A DNA stretch of 24,481 nt from Halalkalibacterium halodurans (GTDB lineage: Bacteria > Bacillota > Bacilli > Bacillales > Bacillaceae_D), in assembly GCF_004376175.1 (NCBI RefSeq), contig NZ_SNUY01000065.1:1-24481 (forward strand). The letters are read 5' to 3'. A program made the position numbers and the translations under genes. The first letter of the stretch is position 1. Each line of letters starts with the position of its first letter. Below the pieces are notes generated by a model. The model made no database searches and was not told where the DNA came from. It saw nothing but the letters and a program-made list of their open reading frames with translations. This document shows, in pieces, positions 7,805-18,094 of the stretch.

Positions 7805-8752
7805 CTATGGTTTTACATTCGAGGATTCAAAATGAAAGTCCTCTGCCTTTAACAATAAAAGCGCCTCTCTAGAATAGGACCCTTCCTGTAGTAAACGTAC
7901 CGCCTGCCTACGAATCGCCTCCTCGATCATGTTCCGAATGTAACGTCCGTTGCTGAACGTTCTCCCTTCATATTGGCGCACTTTCGTGACATGCTCACGA
8001 ATGAGATGTTGCGCCCGTTTCGTCAATTGGTATTCTCGCTCCTTCACCATGTTCTTCACAATTTGCATAAGCTGATCAGTCGTGTAATTAGGAAAATCCA
8101 TCGCAATTGGAAAGCGGGACGGCAATCCTGGATTTAACGATAAAAAATAATCCATTTCATCTGAGTAGCCTGCCAAAATAAGAACGAATTCGTGCTGCTG
8201 GTCTTCCATCGCCTTTACGAGCGTATCAATCGCTTCCTTACCAAAATCTTTTTCCCCACCGCGAGCCAAAGAATAGGCTTCATCGACAAATAGGACTCCG
8301 CCTTGGGCTTTTTTAATTAATTCACGGGTTTTTTGCGCTGTATGTCCAATGTATTCCCCCACTAAGTCTGCCCGCTCCGCTTCAATGAGCTGCCCTTTCG
8401 AGAGGACATTCATGTCGCGAAAAAAACGGGCGATTAACCGAGCCACCGTTGTTTTTCCTGTGCCAGGGTTTCCTTTAAAAATCATGTGTAGCGCTTGTTT
8501 AGACGCCTTTAACCCTTGCTCTGTTCGGCATTGATTAATATAAATCCATGCATAGACTTCTTTAATTAATCGCTTGACCTCATCTAGCCCTACATATTTT
8601 TTAAGTTCTCGCTCCATTTTTTCAAGTACGTAATGCTTTTCCCGCTCTTCTTCTGAATGGAAAAAGGTTTCTTCTTCCATTTTGTTCGGTTTATTGTGTA
8701 AAATGACGTTAATACGTCCTTTCACAGATGATGAGGAAGGTGTTTGACTCAA
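7805..8752 (-). CDS. spoVK: Stage V sporulation protein K (AAA+ ATPase)
   Basis: TTG start with GAAGGGGTGA RBS. Walker A GNPGTGKTT, Walker B VLFVDEAY, and about the same size as B. subtilis SpoVK. Synteny next to hflX. Confidence 0.85.
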   Translation of the reverse strand: MSQTPSSSSVKGRINVILHNKPNKMEEETFFHSEEEREKHYVLEKMERELKKYVGLDEVKRLIKEVYAWIYINQCRTEQGLKASKQALHMIFKGNPGTGKTTVARLIARFFRDMNVLSKGQLIEAERADLVGEYIGHTAQKTRELIKKAQGGVLFVDEAYSLARGGEKDFGKEAIDTLVKAMEDQQHEFVLILAGYSDEMDYFLSLNPGLPSRFPIAMDFPNYTTDQLMQIVKNMVKEREYQLTKRAQHLIREHVTKVRQYEGRTFSNGRYIRNMIEEAIRRQAVRLLQEGSYSREALLLLKAEDFHFESSNVKP

Positions 8753-8910
8753 TGATGTTTCACCCCTTCTCTACGAAGCTAACGAACAATGCTAGACAGA
8801 TTTATAAACGTCCCTTCTATAACTATACGCAAAACGCCCAAATTTGTGACAAACGTCTAGTCGATTTTCTACATTGGCTCAAAATGTGTCTGTTTCGAAG
8901 GGAGATGACG

Positions 8911-9888
8911 ATGGATAACAAAATGGATGCTCTTATCGAACCGTTCCTCCTGTCCCTTGAAATGAAAGGACGCACAGCAGGTACAGTGCGTCGCTATCGC
9001 TATGACCTACTTGACTTTTTTCACTGGATGCAGGCAGAAGAGAAGGAGATTTCATTACAAGAGTGGAAGGAGCTCACGCCAGAGGAGCTGCACGAATTTT
9101 TTACGGAGCTAGGTGGAAAACGGAACTACAGCACACGAACGATTCGTCGAATTCATTCGGTGCTCCAGCAATTTGCCTTTTATTATCAGCCTCAAGGAGG
9201 TACCTCATCCCATGCGATTCACACGATCGACAAACCTGATTTATTCGTTACACCGCTCAAGGAAAATGATTGGGTTCGGAAGGAGGAATTCGAATCGTTA
9301 TGTGAAACCATTCAATCTCTTGATGGCTTGACTGAGCGACAGCGGGAGGTTCGGCCAAAACTAATGAAACGGAACCTCCTAGTCGTACGCCTCTTTTACA
9401 ACTATGGTCTCTCCCTTCAAGAAGTCGCTTCCTTATCAATGATCGATCTCCAGTTCGCAAAACGAACCGTGACAGTGGCAGAAGGGAAACGTGAGCAACG
9501 CACCCTTTCATTAGCAGAGGCAGACGGGAGGCTCGCATTTGATTATTGGCAGACCATCCCTAAGCCTGTCCGGCCGAGACTCCACTCGCAAGATGCGTTT
9601 TTTGTTGCCTTTGATTTTCAACGAAAAACGTATCGTTGGTCTTATGAAGGGGATGAGCCGAAGCAGTGGACAGAGATCGGCATTCAAAAAATGTTACGCC
9701 AAGACGCTTCACGAGCTGGGCTTCGGAAAAAAGTTTGCGCCCAGCATTTACGGAACTCATTCATTCTCTCACAACTGGCAAGTGGGACAAGTGAAGAAAC
9801 GATTCGCCGAATGCTCGGGTTCACGAGCCCCTTATCGTTACGCCGTTATGTCAAAACACTTGAAACATTTCACGATCGAAAAAGCTGA
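8911..9888 (+). CDS. Tyrosine-recombinase (XerC/XerD/phage-integrase fold)-like protein, probably with a non-canonical active site
   Basis: I start it at ATG 8911 (AGGGAG RBS, 6-nt spacer). The track's 8728 start would overlap spoVK. The N-terminal core-binding-like region is LIEPFLLSLEMKGRTAGTVRRYRYDLLDFFHW...STRTIRRIHSVLQQFAFY. The C-terminal region contains RNLLVVRLFYNYGLSLQEVASL, HLRNSF and LGF...RRYVKT. Confidence 0.7.
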   Translation: MDNKMDALIEPFLLSLEMKGRTAGTVRRYRYDLLDFFHWMQAEEKEISLQEWKELTPEELHEFFTELGGKRNYSTRTIRRIHSVLQQFAFYYQPQGGTSSHAIHTIDKPDLFVTPLKENDWVRKEEFESLCETIQSLDGLTERQREVRPKLMKRNLLVVRLFYNYGLSLQEVASLSMIDLQFAKRTVTVAEGKREQRTLSLAEADGRLAFDYWQTIPKPVRPRLHSQDAFFVAFDFQRKTYRWSYEGDEPKQWTEIGIQKMLRQDASRAGLRKKVCAQHLRNSFILSQLASGTSEETIRRMLGFTSPLSLRRYVKTLETFHDRKS

Positions 9889-9909
9889 CCTCCTATGCGG
9901 AGAGTCAGC
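9884..9909. terminator. Shared (bidirectional) terminator hairpin between the convergent recombinase-like gene and hfq
   Basis: GCTGACCTCC (9884-9893), loop TATGC, GGAG-A-GTCAGC (9899-9909). AAAAA lies upstream and TTAATTT downstream. The stop codon at 9886-9888 is inside the stem. Confidence 0.65.
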
Positions 9910-9919
9910 TTAATTTCTG

Positions 9920-10156
9920 TCACGATGGTTCATTTTCGGTTTTCATTTGCACATTGCGCTGCGGTGCGAACGTGGAAATCGCATGCTTATACACAAGTTG
10001 TTGCTTTCCTTCGGTCTCAAGGATCACAGTGAAGTTATCAAAACCTTTCACCAGTCCACGGAGCTGAAAACCATTGAGCAAGAAAACGGTGACAGGTATG
10101 TTTTCTTTGCGTAGCTGGTTTAAAAAGTGATCTTGGATATTTACCGATGATTTCAT
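9920..10156 (-). CDS. hfq: RNA chaperone Hfq
   Basis: [58 protein letters not shown] is the canonical Sm1/Sm2 Hfq sequence. Confidence 0.95.
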   Translation of the reverse strand: MKSSVNIQDHFLNQLRKENIPVTVFLLNGFQLRGLVKGFDNFTVILETEGKQQLVYKHAISTFAPQRNVQMKTENEPS

Positions 10157-10189
10157 TTTCGACAGTCCCCCTCTTCTTCGCTACGTTTT

Positions 10190-11137
10190 CTATTTCGATT
10201 TTTCTTCTAGCTTTCCTGCTATGAAATTGTGAATTTCCATAATTTTTTTGTCAAAATCGACATCGGTCATATCGAACCATGTCACATTTGCTTTATTTCG
10301 AAACCACGTTAGCTGACGCTTCGCGTAACGGCGAGAATTTCGCTTTAATGTGTCAATCGCTTCTTCCAGCGTCACGTTCCCGTCTAAGTAATCGTACATT
10401 TCTTTATAGCCAATCGCTTGCACCGATTGACAATCTCTGATTCCACGGTCGTACAGCTTTTTTGCTTCGTCTATTAATCCTTCTTCAACCATTTGATCAA
10501 CCCTGCGATTGATACGATCATACAAAACGTCACGCTCCATCGTCAAACCGATCATGACGAGGTTATACGGAGAAGGGGTTTCCTCTTCATGACGCGCCTG
10601 CTCTGTCACCGTCTTTCCGGTAAGTTTGATAATTTCCAACGCTCGGATCACGCGGCGATAATTGTTCGGATGAATGGCAGCTGCTGCCTTTGGATCTACT
10701 TTAGACAATTTGTCGTGCAATGCTTGAACCCCATAGCTGCTTACAAAGGCTTCAAGTTCGTGCCGATAGTCTTCGTCTGCACGAATGTCACCGAGATTGA
10801 ATTGATGGATGACGGCATTCACATACAAGCCCGTTCCACCGACAAGAAACGGAAGCCTGCCCCGTTCATGAATTTCCGTAATGAGCGGCGTGGCTAAATC
10901 TTGAAAGTCAGCTACAGAAAACGACTCGCTCGGATCTTTAATATCGATTAAATGATGAGGCACACCGTCCATTTCTTCGGCTGTGATTTTCGCTGTGCCA
11001 ATGTCCATGCCGCGATACACTTGCATGGAATCACCGCTGATCACTTCACCGTTCAATCGTTTGGCAAGCATGACACTCGTCTTCGTTTTTCCAACAGCTG
11101 TCGGTCCTACGATGGCTACTAGCTTTTCTTTCATCAT
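10190..11137 (-). CDS. miaA: tRNA dimethylallyltransferase MiaA
   Basis: P-loop GPTAVGKT, then ISGDSMQVYRGMDIGTAKIT. Adjacent to hfq, as in most bacteria. Confidence 0.95.
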   Translation of the reverse strand: MMKEKLVAIVGPTAVGKTKTSVMLAKRLNGEVISGDSMQVYRGMDIGTAKITAEEMDGVPHHLIDIKDPSESFSVADFQDLATPLITEIHERGRLPFLVGGTGLYVNAVIHQFNLGDIRADEDYRHELEAFVSSYGVQALHDKLSKVDPKAAAAIHPNNYRRVIRALEIIKLTGKTVTEQARHEEETPSPYNLVMIGLTMERDVLYDRINRRVDQMVEEGLIDEAKKLYDRGIRDCQSVQAIGYKEMYDYLDGNVTLEEAIDTLKRNSRRYAKRQLTWFRNKANVTWFDMTDVDFDKKIMEIHNFIAGKLEEKSK

Positions 11138-11182
11138 CTTCTCCCTTTTCTTCCATTTACAAACCTATCAAGATGAAACTTT

Positions 11183-11953
11183 TTACTTTTCGATATAGCC
11201 ATAATGAAAGGCAGCTTGTTTTCGGCGAATGACATGGAAGCCTAAAGCTTCAAAACGCTCGCTCTGCCAGTGGTCTTTCAGCACGACCCGCCTTCTTGCT
11301 ACCCGCAACGCATCGGCGATAGCCTCACGAGAAAGATCATCATATAAGGCGTGTAGCTTCATTCCTGCCATCCCTGCTGAAGCAATCGTCTGCTCAAACA
11401 TCGGATCGAAGTAAACGACATCGAACGATTCATTCGCTAGTGTATGTAAAATTTCGCGGTGGCTCCCGTGAATGACCTTGATCGAGCGAAGGGCAGAAAT
11501 AAAGGCGGCAGGTCCTTCGCTCCATGTTCGCATCCCTTGCTGTACGAGATAAGCGAGGGGCAGGCTCCCCTCAATCCCAACTACAGTTCCTGTTTCTCCA
11601 ACCACCACTTTTGCTAGCGTGCTATCCGCTCCAAGACCGAGTGTACAATCGAGAAAAGTATCGCCTACTCGTAGCTGTGCTGCATCGATTAGCGGATCAT
11701 GCCCGGTTTTCTGCCATTGCTTCACGCGCACCATCGCCCCATTTGGATGATAGAAAAACGGCTCCACTGAACCTTGACGATAGAGGACATCTCGCTCTTC
11801 TCCGACGATAACCATATCTTGTTGGTACGTGTGCATTAACGTTTCAATGGAGCGTCGCTTACGCTTAACGTACGTTCCCTTTAACGCCTCTGCGTAAACG
11901 CGCCCCTTCTTTTCAAGGGTTTCTTCTTTTTTTAACCCTGTTGTGACAATCAT
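11183..11953 (-). CDS. Class I SAM-dependent methyltransferase, RsmJ (YhiQ/DUF548)-like
   Basis: By-eye similarity to E. coli RsmJ blocks: FLDCTLGLGADS (SAM-binding Gly-rich loop, compare DATAGLGRD), VVYFDPMF (compare VVYLDPMF) and RRVVLKD (compare RVVVKRP). Confidence 0.6.
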   Translation of the reverse strand: MIVTTGLKKEETLEKKGRVYAEALKGTYVKRKRRSIETLMHTYQQDMVIVGEERDVLYRQGSVEPFFYHPNGAMVRVKQWQKTGHDPLIDAAQLRVGDTFLDCTLGLGADSTLAKVVVGETGTVVGIEGSLPLAYLVQQGMRTWSEGPAAFISALRSIKVIHGSHREILHTLANESFDVVYFDPMFEQTIASAGMAGMKLHALYDDLSREAIADALRVARRRVVLKDHWQSERFEALGFHVIRRKQAAFHYGYIEK

Positions 11954-11957
11954 GACA

Positions 11958-13871
11958 TTACATCACCCGTTTGAACATTTTCTCCATCTCATAGGTCGTG
12001 ATTTGTACGATAATCGGGCGTCCGTGCGGGCACGTAAACGGATCGCTTGATTTCCGTAATGCCTCCAGTAATGCGTACATTTCATCATGGCGCAGATGGC
12101 GGTTTGCTTTAATCGCAGCTTTACATGACATGAGAATCGCTGCCTCTTCTCGAAGCTTCTTAATGTCAACCTTTCTTTTTTCCATTAACTGATCAATCAT
12201 TTCCCGAATCGTTTCTTCCTCTAAGCCTTTAGGAAACCAAGTAGGGTGCTGACGAATCATAAATGTCTGCGGCCCGAACTCCTCGAAAAATAAGCCGACT
12301 TGCTTCAAATCTTCCAAGTGCTCTTCAATATACGCTGCTTCCTGTAATGTGCATTCCACCGTAATCGGCACAATCAGCTCTTGTAGCTCGTTTGTCACTT
12401 CTCCAACCTTCTCGCGAAAATATTCATACTTCATTCGCTCTTGAGCAGCATGCTGATCAATTATATACAAGCCTTGATCATTTTGTGCCAAAATATACGT
12501 TCCATGCATTTGTCCAATTGGATACATTGTCGGTACCCGATTCACAGGCAACGAGTTGGACGTTTCCTCTTCCATTGAAGCTTGTTCCATCGCACCCTTT
12601 GCACCGGCAGTCAGCTCAGCGGATGGGGGCTCCTTTTCAAGGGCAGGCTCAACGCTTGCCGATGCCTCACGGACCATATTTATTGATGGTAAATCATTTG
12701 ATAGCTTTTTCTCCTCTTGGAAAAGAACATTTTTATCGATCGAAGAGCGTTGTTCATTTCCCTCATTACTCGAAGTACTTCCTCGGTCCTCGCTCGGTTT
12801 TGCTGATGTAAAATCGTCCAACGTAAAGGAGAGTTGTTCACTTTTTTGTTTTCCCCCTGTAGGCTTTGTTGCTTCTGGAATGAGCTGCTCCTTTTTAAAA
12901 GCACGCTCGATCGTCTCTGTCACTAACCGGCATAATTCTTCTTCTTTACTTACTCGAACTTCAAGCTTGGACGGGTGAACGTTCACATCGATCAGCTGCG
13001 GATCGAGCTCAATGTTGACGATTGCAATCGGATACCTACCGATGGGAAGCAACGTATGGAAACCTTGTTGAATCGCTTTCGAGAGAGCTACATTTCGAAT
13101 GTATCGGCCGTTCACAAGTAGCGACATGTACTGTCTCGAAGCTCGAGTCACTTCCGGTTTTGCCGCAAATCCGCTCACCTTAAAATCAATCGTCTCCCCG
13201 CTTAACGGTACCATTTGTTTGGCGACCGTTCTTCCGTAAATCGCCGCAATCACTTGCAACTGATCGCCGTTTCCCGACGTACGCAACACATTCTTTCCGT
13301 TATGAAAAAGCTGGAACGATACATGAGGGTGGGCGAGGGCCAACCGATTGACCACATCACTAATATTCCCGAGCTCGGTATGAACGGTTTTGACGTATTT
13401 TAATCGGGCAGGTGTGTTGTAAAAGAGCTGTGTGACGGTTAAATCTGTCCCTTTTCCCATGGCGGTTGAACCGATTTTTTTAATCACACCGCCCTCTAAA
13501 ACCATTTCTGTCCCTCCATCACCGCCAGTGCTCGTTTTGATCTGGACGTGAGAGACTGAAGCAATACTCGGTAGTGCCTCCCCGCGGAAGCCGAGCGTTG
13601 CGATTTGAAACAAATCTTTATCCGTCTTGATTTTACTTGTCGCATGACGGAAAAAGGCTGTTTCGACATCTTCTCTTTCAATCCCATCTCCATCATCAAT
13701 GACGCGAATGCGATCAAGTCCGCCAGCCTCTACTTCAATCGTAATTTTTTGGCTGTTGGCATCAAGGGCATTTTCCACTAACTCTTTGACGACAGACGCA
13801 GGGCGTTCGACAACTTCCCCTGCAGCAATTTTATTGGAGAGATGATCATCGAGCTTAATGATCTTCGCCAT
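11958..13871 (-). CDS. mutL: DNA mismatch repair protein MutL
   Basis: N-terminus [28 protein letters not shown] (GHKL ATPase). The C-terminal endonuclease motif region [12 protein letters not shown] and a CPHGRP motif are present. Confidence 0.97.
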   Translation of the reverse strand: MAKIIKLDDHLSNKIAAGEVVERPASVVKELVENALDANSQKITIEVEAGGLDRIRVIDDGDGIEREDVETAFFRHATSKIKTDKDLFQIATLGFRGEALPSIASVSHVQIKTSTGGDGGTEMVLEGGVIKKIGSTAMGKGTDLTVTQLFYNTPARLKYVKTVHTELGNISDVVNRLALAHPHVSFQLFHNGKNVLRTSGNGDQLQVIAAIYGRTVAKQMVPLSGETIDFKVSGFAAKPEVTRASRQYMSLLVNGRYIRNVALSKAIQQGFHTLLPIGRYPIAIVNIELDPQLIDVNVHPSKLEVRVSKEEELCRLVTETIERAFKKEQLIPEATKPTGGKQKSEQLSFTLDDFTSAKPSEDRGSTSSNEGNEQRSSIDKNVLFQEEKKLSNDLPSINMVREASASVEPALEKEPPSAELTAGAKGAMEQASMEEETSNSLPVNRVPTMYPIGQMHGTYILAQNDQGLYIIDQHAAQERMKYEYFREKVGEVTNELQELIVPITVECTLQEAAYIEEHLEDLKQVGLFFEEFGPQTFMIRQHPTWFPKGLEEETIREMIDQLMEKRKVDIKKLREEAAILMSCKAAIKANRHLRHDEMYALLEALRKSSDPFTCPHGRPIIVQITTYEMEKMFKRVM

Positions 13872-13890
13872 TTCCTCACCTCCTTGACCG

Positions 13891-16488
13891 CTAACGTAAT
13901 TTTTGCTGCCACTGATTTAATAAACGAATCGCCTCCAAAGGGGTCGTGTTTAGGACATCGACCGACTGAAGGTCATGTAGTACTGTTTTTTCCTCGTCCG
14001 ATAACGGCTGTTTGTTCCCTTTGGGCTTGTACGCTTCCAACGGTTCTGGTTCAAACAAGGAAAGCTGCGTAGGCTCGTTAGTAGACGCTACTTCCTTCTC
14101 GGAAGCGACTATCTCCTTCTCCCCTTCAAGTTCAGCTAGTAGCGTTTCGGCCCGTTCGGTGACCACATTTGGCAATCCTGCAAGCTCTGCTACATAGATT
14201 CCATAGCTTCGATCGGCTTGTCCATCGACGACTTTATGCAAAAACACGACCGTTCCTTGCTCTTCCACTGCCGACACGTGAACATTTTTTACGTCAGAAA
14301 GCTCCTTTTCAAGAGCTGTTAACTCGTGATAATGGGTAGAAAACAGCGTTTTTGCACGAATTTCATCATGAATGTATTCAATGATCGCTTGGGCGAGTGC
14401 CATTCCATCATAGGTGGAGGTGCCGCGACCAATTTCATCGAGCAGGATGAGGCTGTTTTGTGTCGCCTTTTGTAGCGCATATTTTGTTTCTAGCATTTCC
14501 ACCATGAACGTGCTTTGTCCGCTAGCTAAGTCATCCGCTGCCCCAATTCTCGTAAACACTTGGTCAAAGATCGGCAGCCTCGCTTCATCCGCAGGAACAA
14601 AGCAACCGATTTGTCCCATGATCGCAATTAACGCAAGCTGGCGCATGTACGTGCTTTTCCCCGCCATATTGGGCCCTGTAATGAGGAGAATGCTTCGTCC
14701 ATCTTTCATATCTACGTCATTGGCTACATATTCACCATTCGGAATTACACGCTCGACAACTGGATGGCGTCCTCCTTTAATGGCAATCGCCCGATCCTCT
14801 TGAAGTGCTGGCCTCACGTAATGATGGGTTTCGCTGACGGTTGCAAACCCTTGAATGACATCGAGCTCGCTAATCATTTGGGCGAGCGCTTGCAACGGTC
14901 GAATGTAGTCCTTCACTTGCTCACGGACTTGTAAAAATAAGTCGTATTCAAGCTGAACGATGGATTCCTCAGCGTTTAAGATGAGAGCTTCCTTTTCCTT
15001 TAACTCTGGGGTGACGTAGCGCTCGGCATTCGTGAGCGTTTGCTTCCGCTCGTAGCGTCCTTCCTCTAGTAGGTGTATGTTCGCTTTCGTCACTTCAATA
15101 TAATAACCGAACACTTTGTTGTAGCCGATCTTTAACGATTTAATCCCAGTCGCTTCCCGTTCTTTTTGTTCAAGCTCTGCAATCCATGACTTCCCATTTC
15201 GACTTGCATCACGATATGTATCAAGCTCCTTGTGAAAACCATCACGGATCATCCCGCCTTCCTTAATCGAGACCGGAGGGTCATCGACTAAGCTATGCTC
15301 AAGCAAATCGACTAATGATTCACAGCGATCGATCGTTTGCAATCGCTCATTTACATCTTGATTACCGATTTTTTCTACAAGGGCAAAGATTGCCGGAATT
15401 CTCTGCAATGATTTGCGTAACTGAACGAGCTCCCTTGCATTGACATTTCCGTAGGCCACTTTTCCGACGAGTCGTTCTAAATCATAAACATGGCGTAGCT
15501 CATCACGCAGTTCTTCCCGCTCAAAATAATGATCAAGGAACGATTGAACTAGCCCTTGTCTCCGCTCGATTTCTTTCTTCGAGAGCAGTGGACGTTCAAC
15601 CCATTGCTTCAACAGCCGCCCCCCCATGGCCGTCACCGTTTCATCCACAGCCCAAAGAAGGGAACCCTTTTTCTTTTTTTCCCGCAACGTTTCCACTAGC
15701 TCTAGGTTCCGTCTAGAATGAAGATCGATTTTCATCACTTCATTTGGTGGATCATATTGAACAGGCTGTAAATGCTCAAGCGAACGCTTTTGCGTCCGTA
15801 ACAAATACTGCAAAAGTCGGCCAAATGCTCGCAGCAACTTTGGTTGTTCCACGTTTTCACATAGGGATTCGTAACCTTTTGGCAGGTCCTCTGCCTCTTC
15901 CTCAGACAAAGTGACCGAGAGCGATTGACGCAAACGGTGAGCGTCTTCTTCAGTCCAGCCTGGACTCAGGACGACCTCCTTTATGCTTGAAGAAGCAAGT
16001 TCATGGAACAAATCATCCTGTTCACTTACAAGACTAACCCTGCTTTCACCTGTCGTTAAATCGGCGCGAGCGATGCCATAGCTCCGATCTTCAAACCTCG
16101 TTACCGCGCATAAAAAATTGTTCTCCTTTTCAACAATTAATTTCCCGTCCATGATTGTACCAGGGGTGATCAGCTTAATCACTTCACGCTTCACTACACC
16201 TTTGGCATTCTTTGGGTCTTCTACTTGCTCACAAATCGCAATTTTATACCCTTTCTCGAGCAGACGAGAAATGTAATGATCGGCCGAATGGTATGGAACG
16301 CCGCACATCGGGATACGTTCCTCCCCTTTTCCTCTACCCGTTAGCGTTATTTCTAGTTCCTGTGCAGCCTTAACAGCGTCATCTAAAAAAAGTTCGTAGA
16401 AATCACCTAAACGGAAAAATAAAAAGGCATCTTTGTATTGTGCCTTGATCTCTAAATATTGCTTCATCATAGGAGTTTGTAGTGCCAT
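13891..16488 (-). CDS. mutS: DNA mismatch repair protein MutS
   Basis: [30 protein letters not shown] (mismatch-binding Phe-x-Glu motif), Walker [10 protein letters not shown], and 865 aa. Confidence 0.97.
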   Translation of the reverse strand: MALQTPMMKQYLEIKAQYKDAFLFFRLGDFYELFLDDAVKAAQELEITLTGRGKGEERIPMCGVPYHSADHYISRLLEKGYKIAICEQVEDPKNAKGVVKREVIKLITPGTIMDGKLIVEKENNFLCAVTRFEDRSYGIARADLTTGESRVSLVSEQDDLFHELASSSIKEVVLSPGWTEEDAHRLRQSLSVTLSEEEAEDLPKGYESLCENVEQPKLLRAFGRLLQYLLRTQKRSLEHLQPVQYDPPNEVMKIDLHSRRNLELVETLREKKKKGSLLWAVDETVTAMGGRLLKQWVERPLLSKKEIERRQGLVQSFLDHYFEREELRDELRHVYDLERLVGKVAYGNVNARELVQLRKSLQRIPAIFALVEKIGNQDVNERLQTIDRCESLVDLLEHSLVDDPPVSIKEGGMIRDGFHKELDTYRDASRNGKSWIAELEQKEREATGIKSLKIGYNKVFGYYIEVTKANIHLLEEGRYERKQTLTNAERYVTPELKEKEALILNAEESIVQLEYDLFLQVREQVKDYIRPLQALAQMISELDVIQGFATVSETHHYVRPALQEDRAIAIKGGRHPVVERVIPNGEYVANDVDMKDGRSILLITGPNMAGKSTYMRQLALIAIMGQIGCFVPADEARLPIFDQVFTRIGAADDLASGQSTFMVEMLETKYALQKATQNSLILLDEIGRGTSTYDGMALAQAIIEYIHDEIRAKTLFSTHYHELTALEKELSDVKNVHVSAVEEQGTVVFLHKVVDGQADRSYGIYVAELAGLPNVVTERAETLLAELEGEKEIVASEKEVASTNEPTQLSLFEPEPLEAYKPKGNKQPLSDEEKTVLHDLQSVDVLNTTPLEAIRLLNQWQQKLR

Positions 16489-16523
16489 TGGTTCTCGTTC
16501 ACCGTCCCTTTTTGTTCGCTCCC

Positions 16524-16532
16524 ATTATATCA
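16524..16532 (-). promoter_or_regulatory. Extended -10 element (TGATATAAT) upstream of mutS
   Basis: Minus-strand TGATATAAT (rc of 16524-16532), about 35 nt upstream of the mutS ATG. There is no good -35. Confidence 0.4.
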
Positions 16533-16632
16533 TAAGGAAACGAGATCCGCCCAGCAAAGGGTGAAGATCTCTTTACGTCACACGATGAAATACCATCATC
16601 ACTTGCCTGAATTTTTCTCGTTTTTAGTCTCT

Positions 16633-16666
16633 AAAAATAAAAAGCTAGGAACTCAGCTTCCTAGCT
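16633..16666 (-). terminator. Intrinsic terminator after cotE
   Basis: AGCTAGGAA (16643-16651) pairs with TTCCTAGCT (16658-16666), 6-nt loop. The minus strand continues TTTTTATTTTT. Confidence 0.65.
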
Positions 16667-16674
16667 CAATCGAT

Positions 16675-17238
16675 TTATTCTTCTAGCTCCCCTTGTAAGA
16701 AGTTTGGATCGAGATCCTCGAACTCATCTTCCGTCAATTCTAGCTCTTCAGTGGACTCAGGGATTTCTTCAATAATCCCATCTGGATTAACTGCCACAGC
16801 TACTTTCGTTTCCCCAATGCATTCTACAACAAATTCACGCTCCACTTGAACATCCACGTGGACACCACTCTCAGCAATCGTGGCTTCAAGTGTGTTCGGC
16901 TGTTGAATCGGTCTGGCCACTACGTCCATTTCTTTTGATAGCACATTCTCATCCCGCATCGTTAACGGAATAATGTCCGTGTAGCTCACCGTTTGAGTCG
17001 CCACATCGGTTTTTGTATTATTTTTGTAAGAGAACCAAACATTAATGTCATAGCTGCCTTGCACTTCGACATTTTCACCCTTCTTATCCGCGCTGTATTT
17101 GTGGTTAATAATCCAGCAGCCTAAAATACTTGAAGGCTTTTCGGAAGGGCTGATTTTGTGACTTGCTTGAGAAAACTTGCGACCTTTACCACATACTGCT
17201 TTCGTAATGATCTCCCTGTAATTTAGCCCATCGGACAT
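16675..17238 (-). CDS. cotE: Spore coat morphogenetic protein CotE
   Basis: YREIITKAVCGKGRKFSQASHKISPSEKPSSILGCWIINHKY...GETKVAVAVNPD, plus an acidic C-terminal tail. Collinear with B. subtilis CotE, and synteny next to mutS. Confidence 0.9.
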   Translation of the reverse strand: MSDGLNYREIITKAVCGKGRKFSQASHKISPSEKPSSILGCWIINHKYSADKKGENVEVQGSYDINVWFSYKNNTKTDVATQTVSYTDIIPLTMRDENVLSKEMDVVARPIQQPNTLEATIAESGVHVDVQVEREFVVECIGETKVAVAVNPDGIIEEIPESTEELELTEDEFEDLDPNFLQGELEE

Positions 17239-17611
17239 TGGTTAAAACCCTCCTCATTCTCAAATCAAAACCTGGCGTGTCGGCACTCGCCTATCACCTG
17301 CGAAAATCTACACTCCCATCCTATGCGGGGCAAATGACTAGTGTGCAGAAAAAGAAAGAAAAGAATTCGATTCAAGCTCTGTCTGTAACACGATATGTAA
17401 CGGGAAGCCTGTTTAGTACTGAAATTTCTTATGTTTTCCTCCACTTTGATAAACAGAGACGGTCTCTTTCTTCATTTGAAGAGCTATTGATCTTCTCTCC
17501 TTTGCACATGTTTATAAAACGTTTTGATCTTAATGACGAATACAAGGGAATCACGTCTTTATATGGATGCATACTGCTGGTGCTGCATCCGCCAGAGGCT
17601 TGCAAAGCTAC

Positions 17612-17648
17612 AAAAAACACCCTGCCTAGCTGTTGGCTAAACAGGGGG
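17612..17648 (-). terminator. Intrinsic terminator after ricA
   Basis: Minus-strand RNA: CCCCCUG-(internal UAGC/GCUA helix)-CAGGGUG, followed by UUUUUUG (rc of the A-run at 17613-17618). Confidence 0.55.
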
Positions 17649-17653
17649 CAAAA

Positions 17654-18094
17654 TTAGCACTTCTCCTTACCACACCCATCATCGATGAGCGGATTTTTCG
17701 TTGTCGTTCCTCGAAGCAAGTCGCCTCCCATGGAGGTGATGATATGATCGGTTACCGTTTTGGAAATGGTCATCGATACGAGTTGCAACAGCTCGTTCAC
17801 ATCCATCTGGCTCTGTTTAAACTCTTGTACGAGCGGTATTGCATCAATTTCGCTTTGTAGCTCGTCGATTTTCGCTTCCACTTCTTTTAATGCCTCTTTT
17901 TTTCCATAGTGCTGTAGGTTCACTGCTTCTTTTTGATATTTTTTTATTTCGGCAATGACCTCTTGCACGCGGAGATGTTCGTTAATTTGCTTCTCAGCAC
18001 GCTTAAAAAAGTCAACTTCTTCTGTTTCTGCGATCATTAACGCAAGTTCTCTTGCCCTTTGCTTAATATCATCTCTTGTATATTTCGCCGACAT
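17654..18094 (-). CDS. ricA: RicA (YmcA), subunit of the RicAFT (Y-complex) Fe-S protein
   Basis: ETEEVDFFKRAEKQINEH...QKEAVNLQHYGKKEALKEVEAKIDELQ...SQMDVNELLQLV is collinear with B. subtilis YmcA. It has a C-terminal Cys pair (GCGKEKC). Confidence 0.85.
   Translation of the reverse strand: MSAKYTRDDIKQRARELALMIAETEEVDFFKRAEKQINEHLRVQEVIAEIKKYQKEAVNLQHYGKKEALKEVEAKIDELQSEIDAIPLVQEFKQSQMDVNELLQLVSMTISKTVTDHIITSMGGDLLRGTTTKNPLIDDGCGKEKC

Noticed and set aside
8728-8910. N-terminal 61-codon extension of the recombinase-like ORF in the track
   Set aside because: It would overlap the spoVK start and its RBS on the other strand, and it has no SD. The ATG at 8911 has an AGGGAG RBS, and the recognisable integrase N-domain begins right after it.
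17238-17657. 139-aa plus-strand ORF filling the cotE-ricA intergenic region
   Set aside because: Its TTG start overlaps the cotE start codon region with no SD. It reads through the ricA terminator, and its sequence is unrecognisable.
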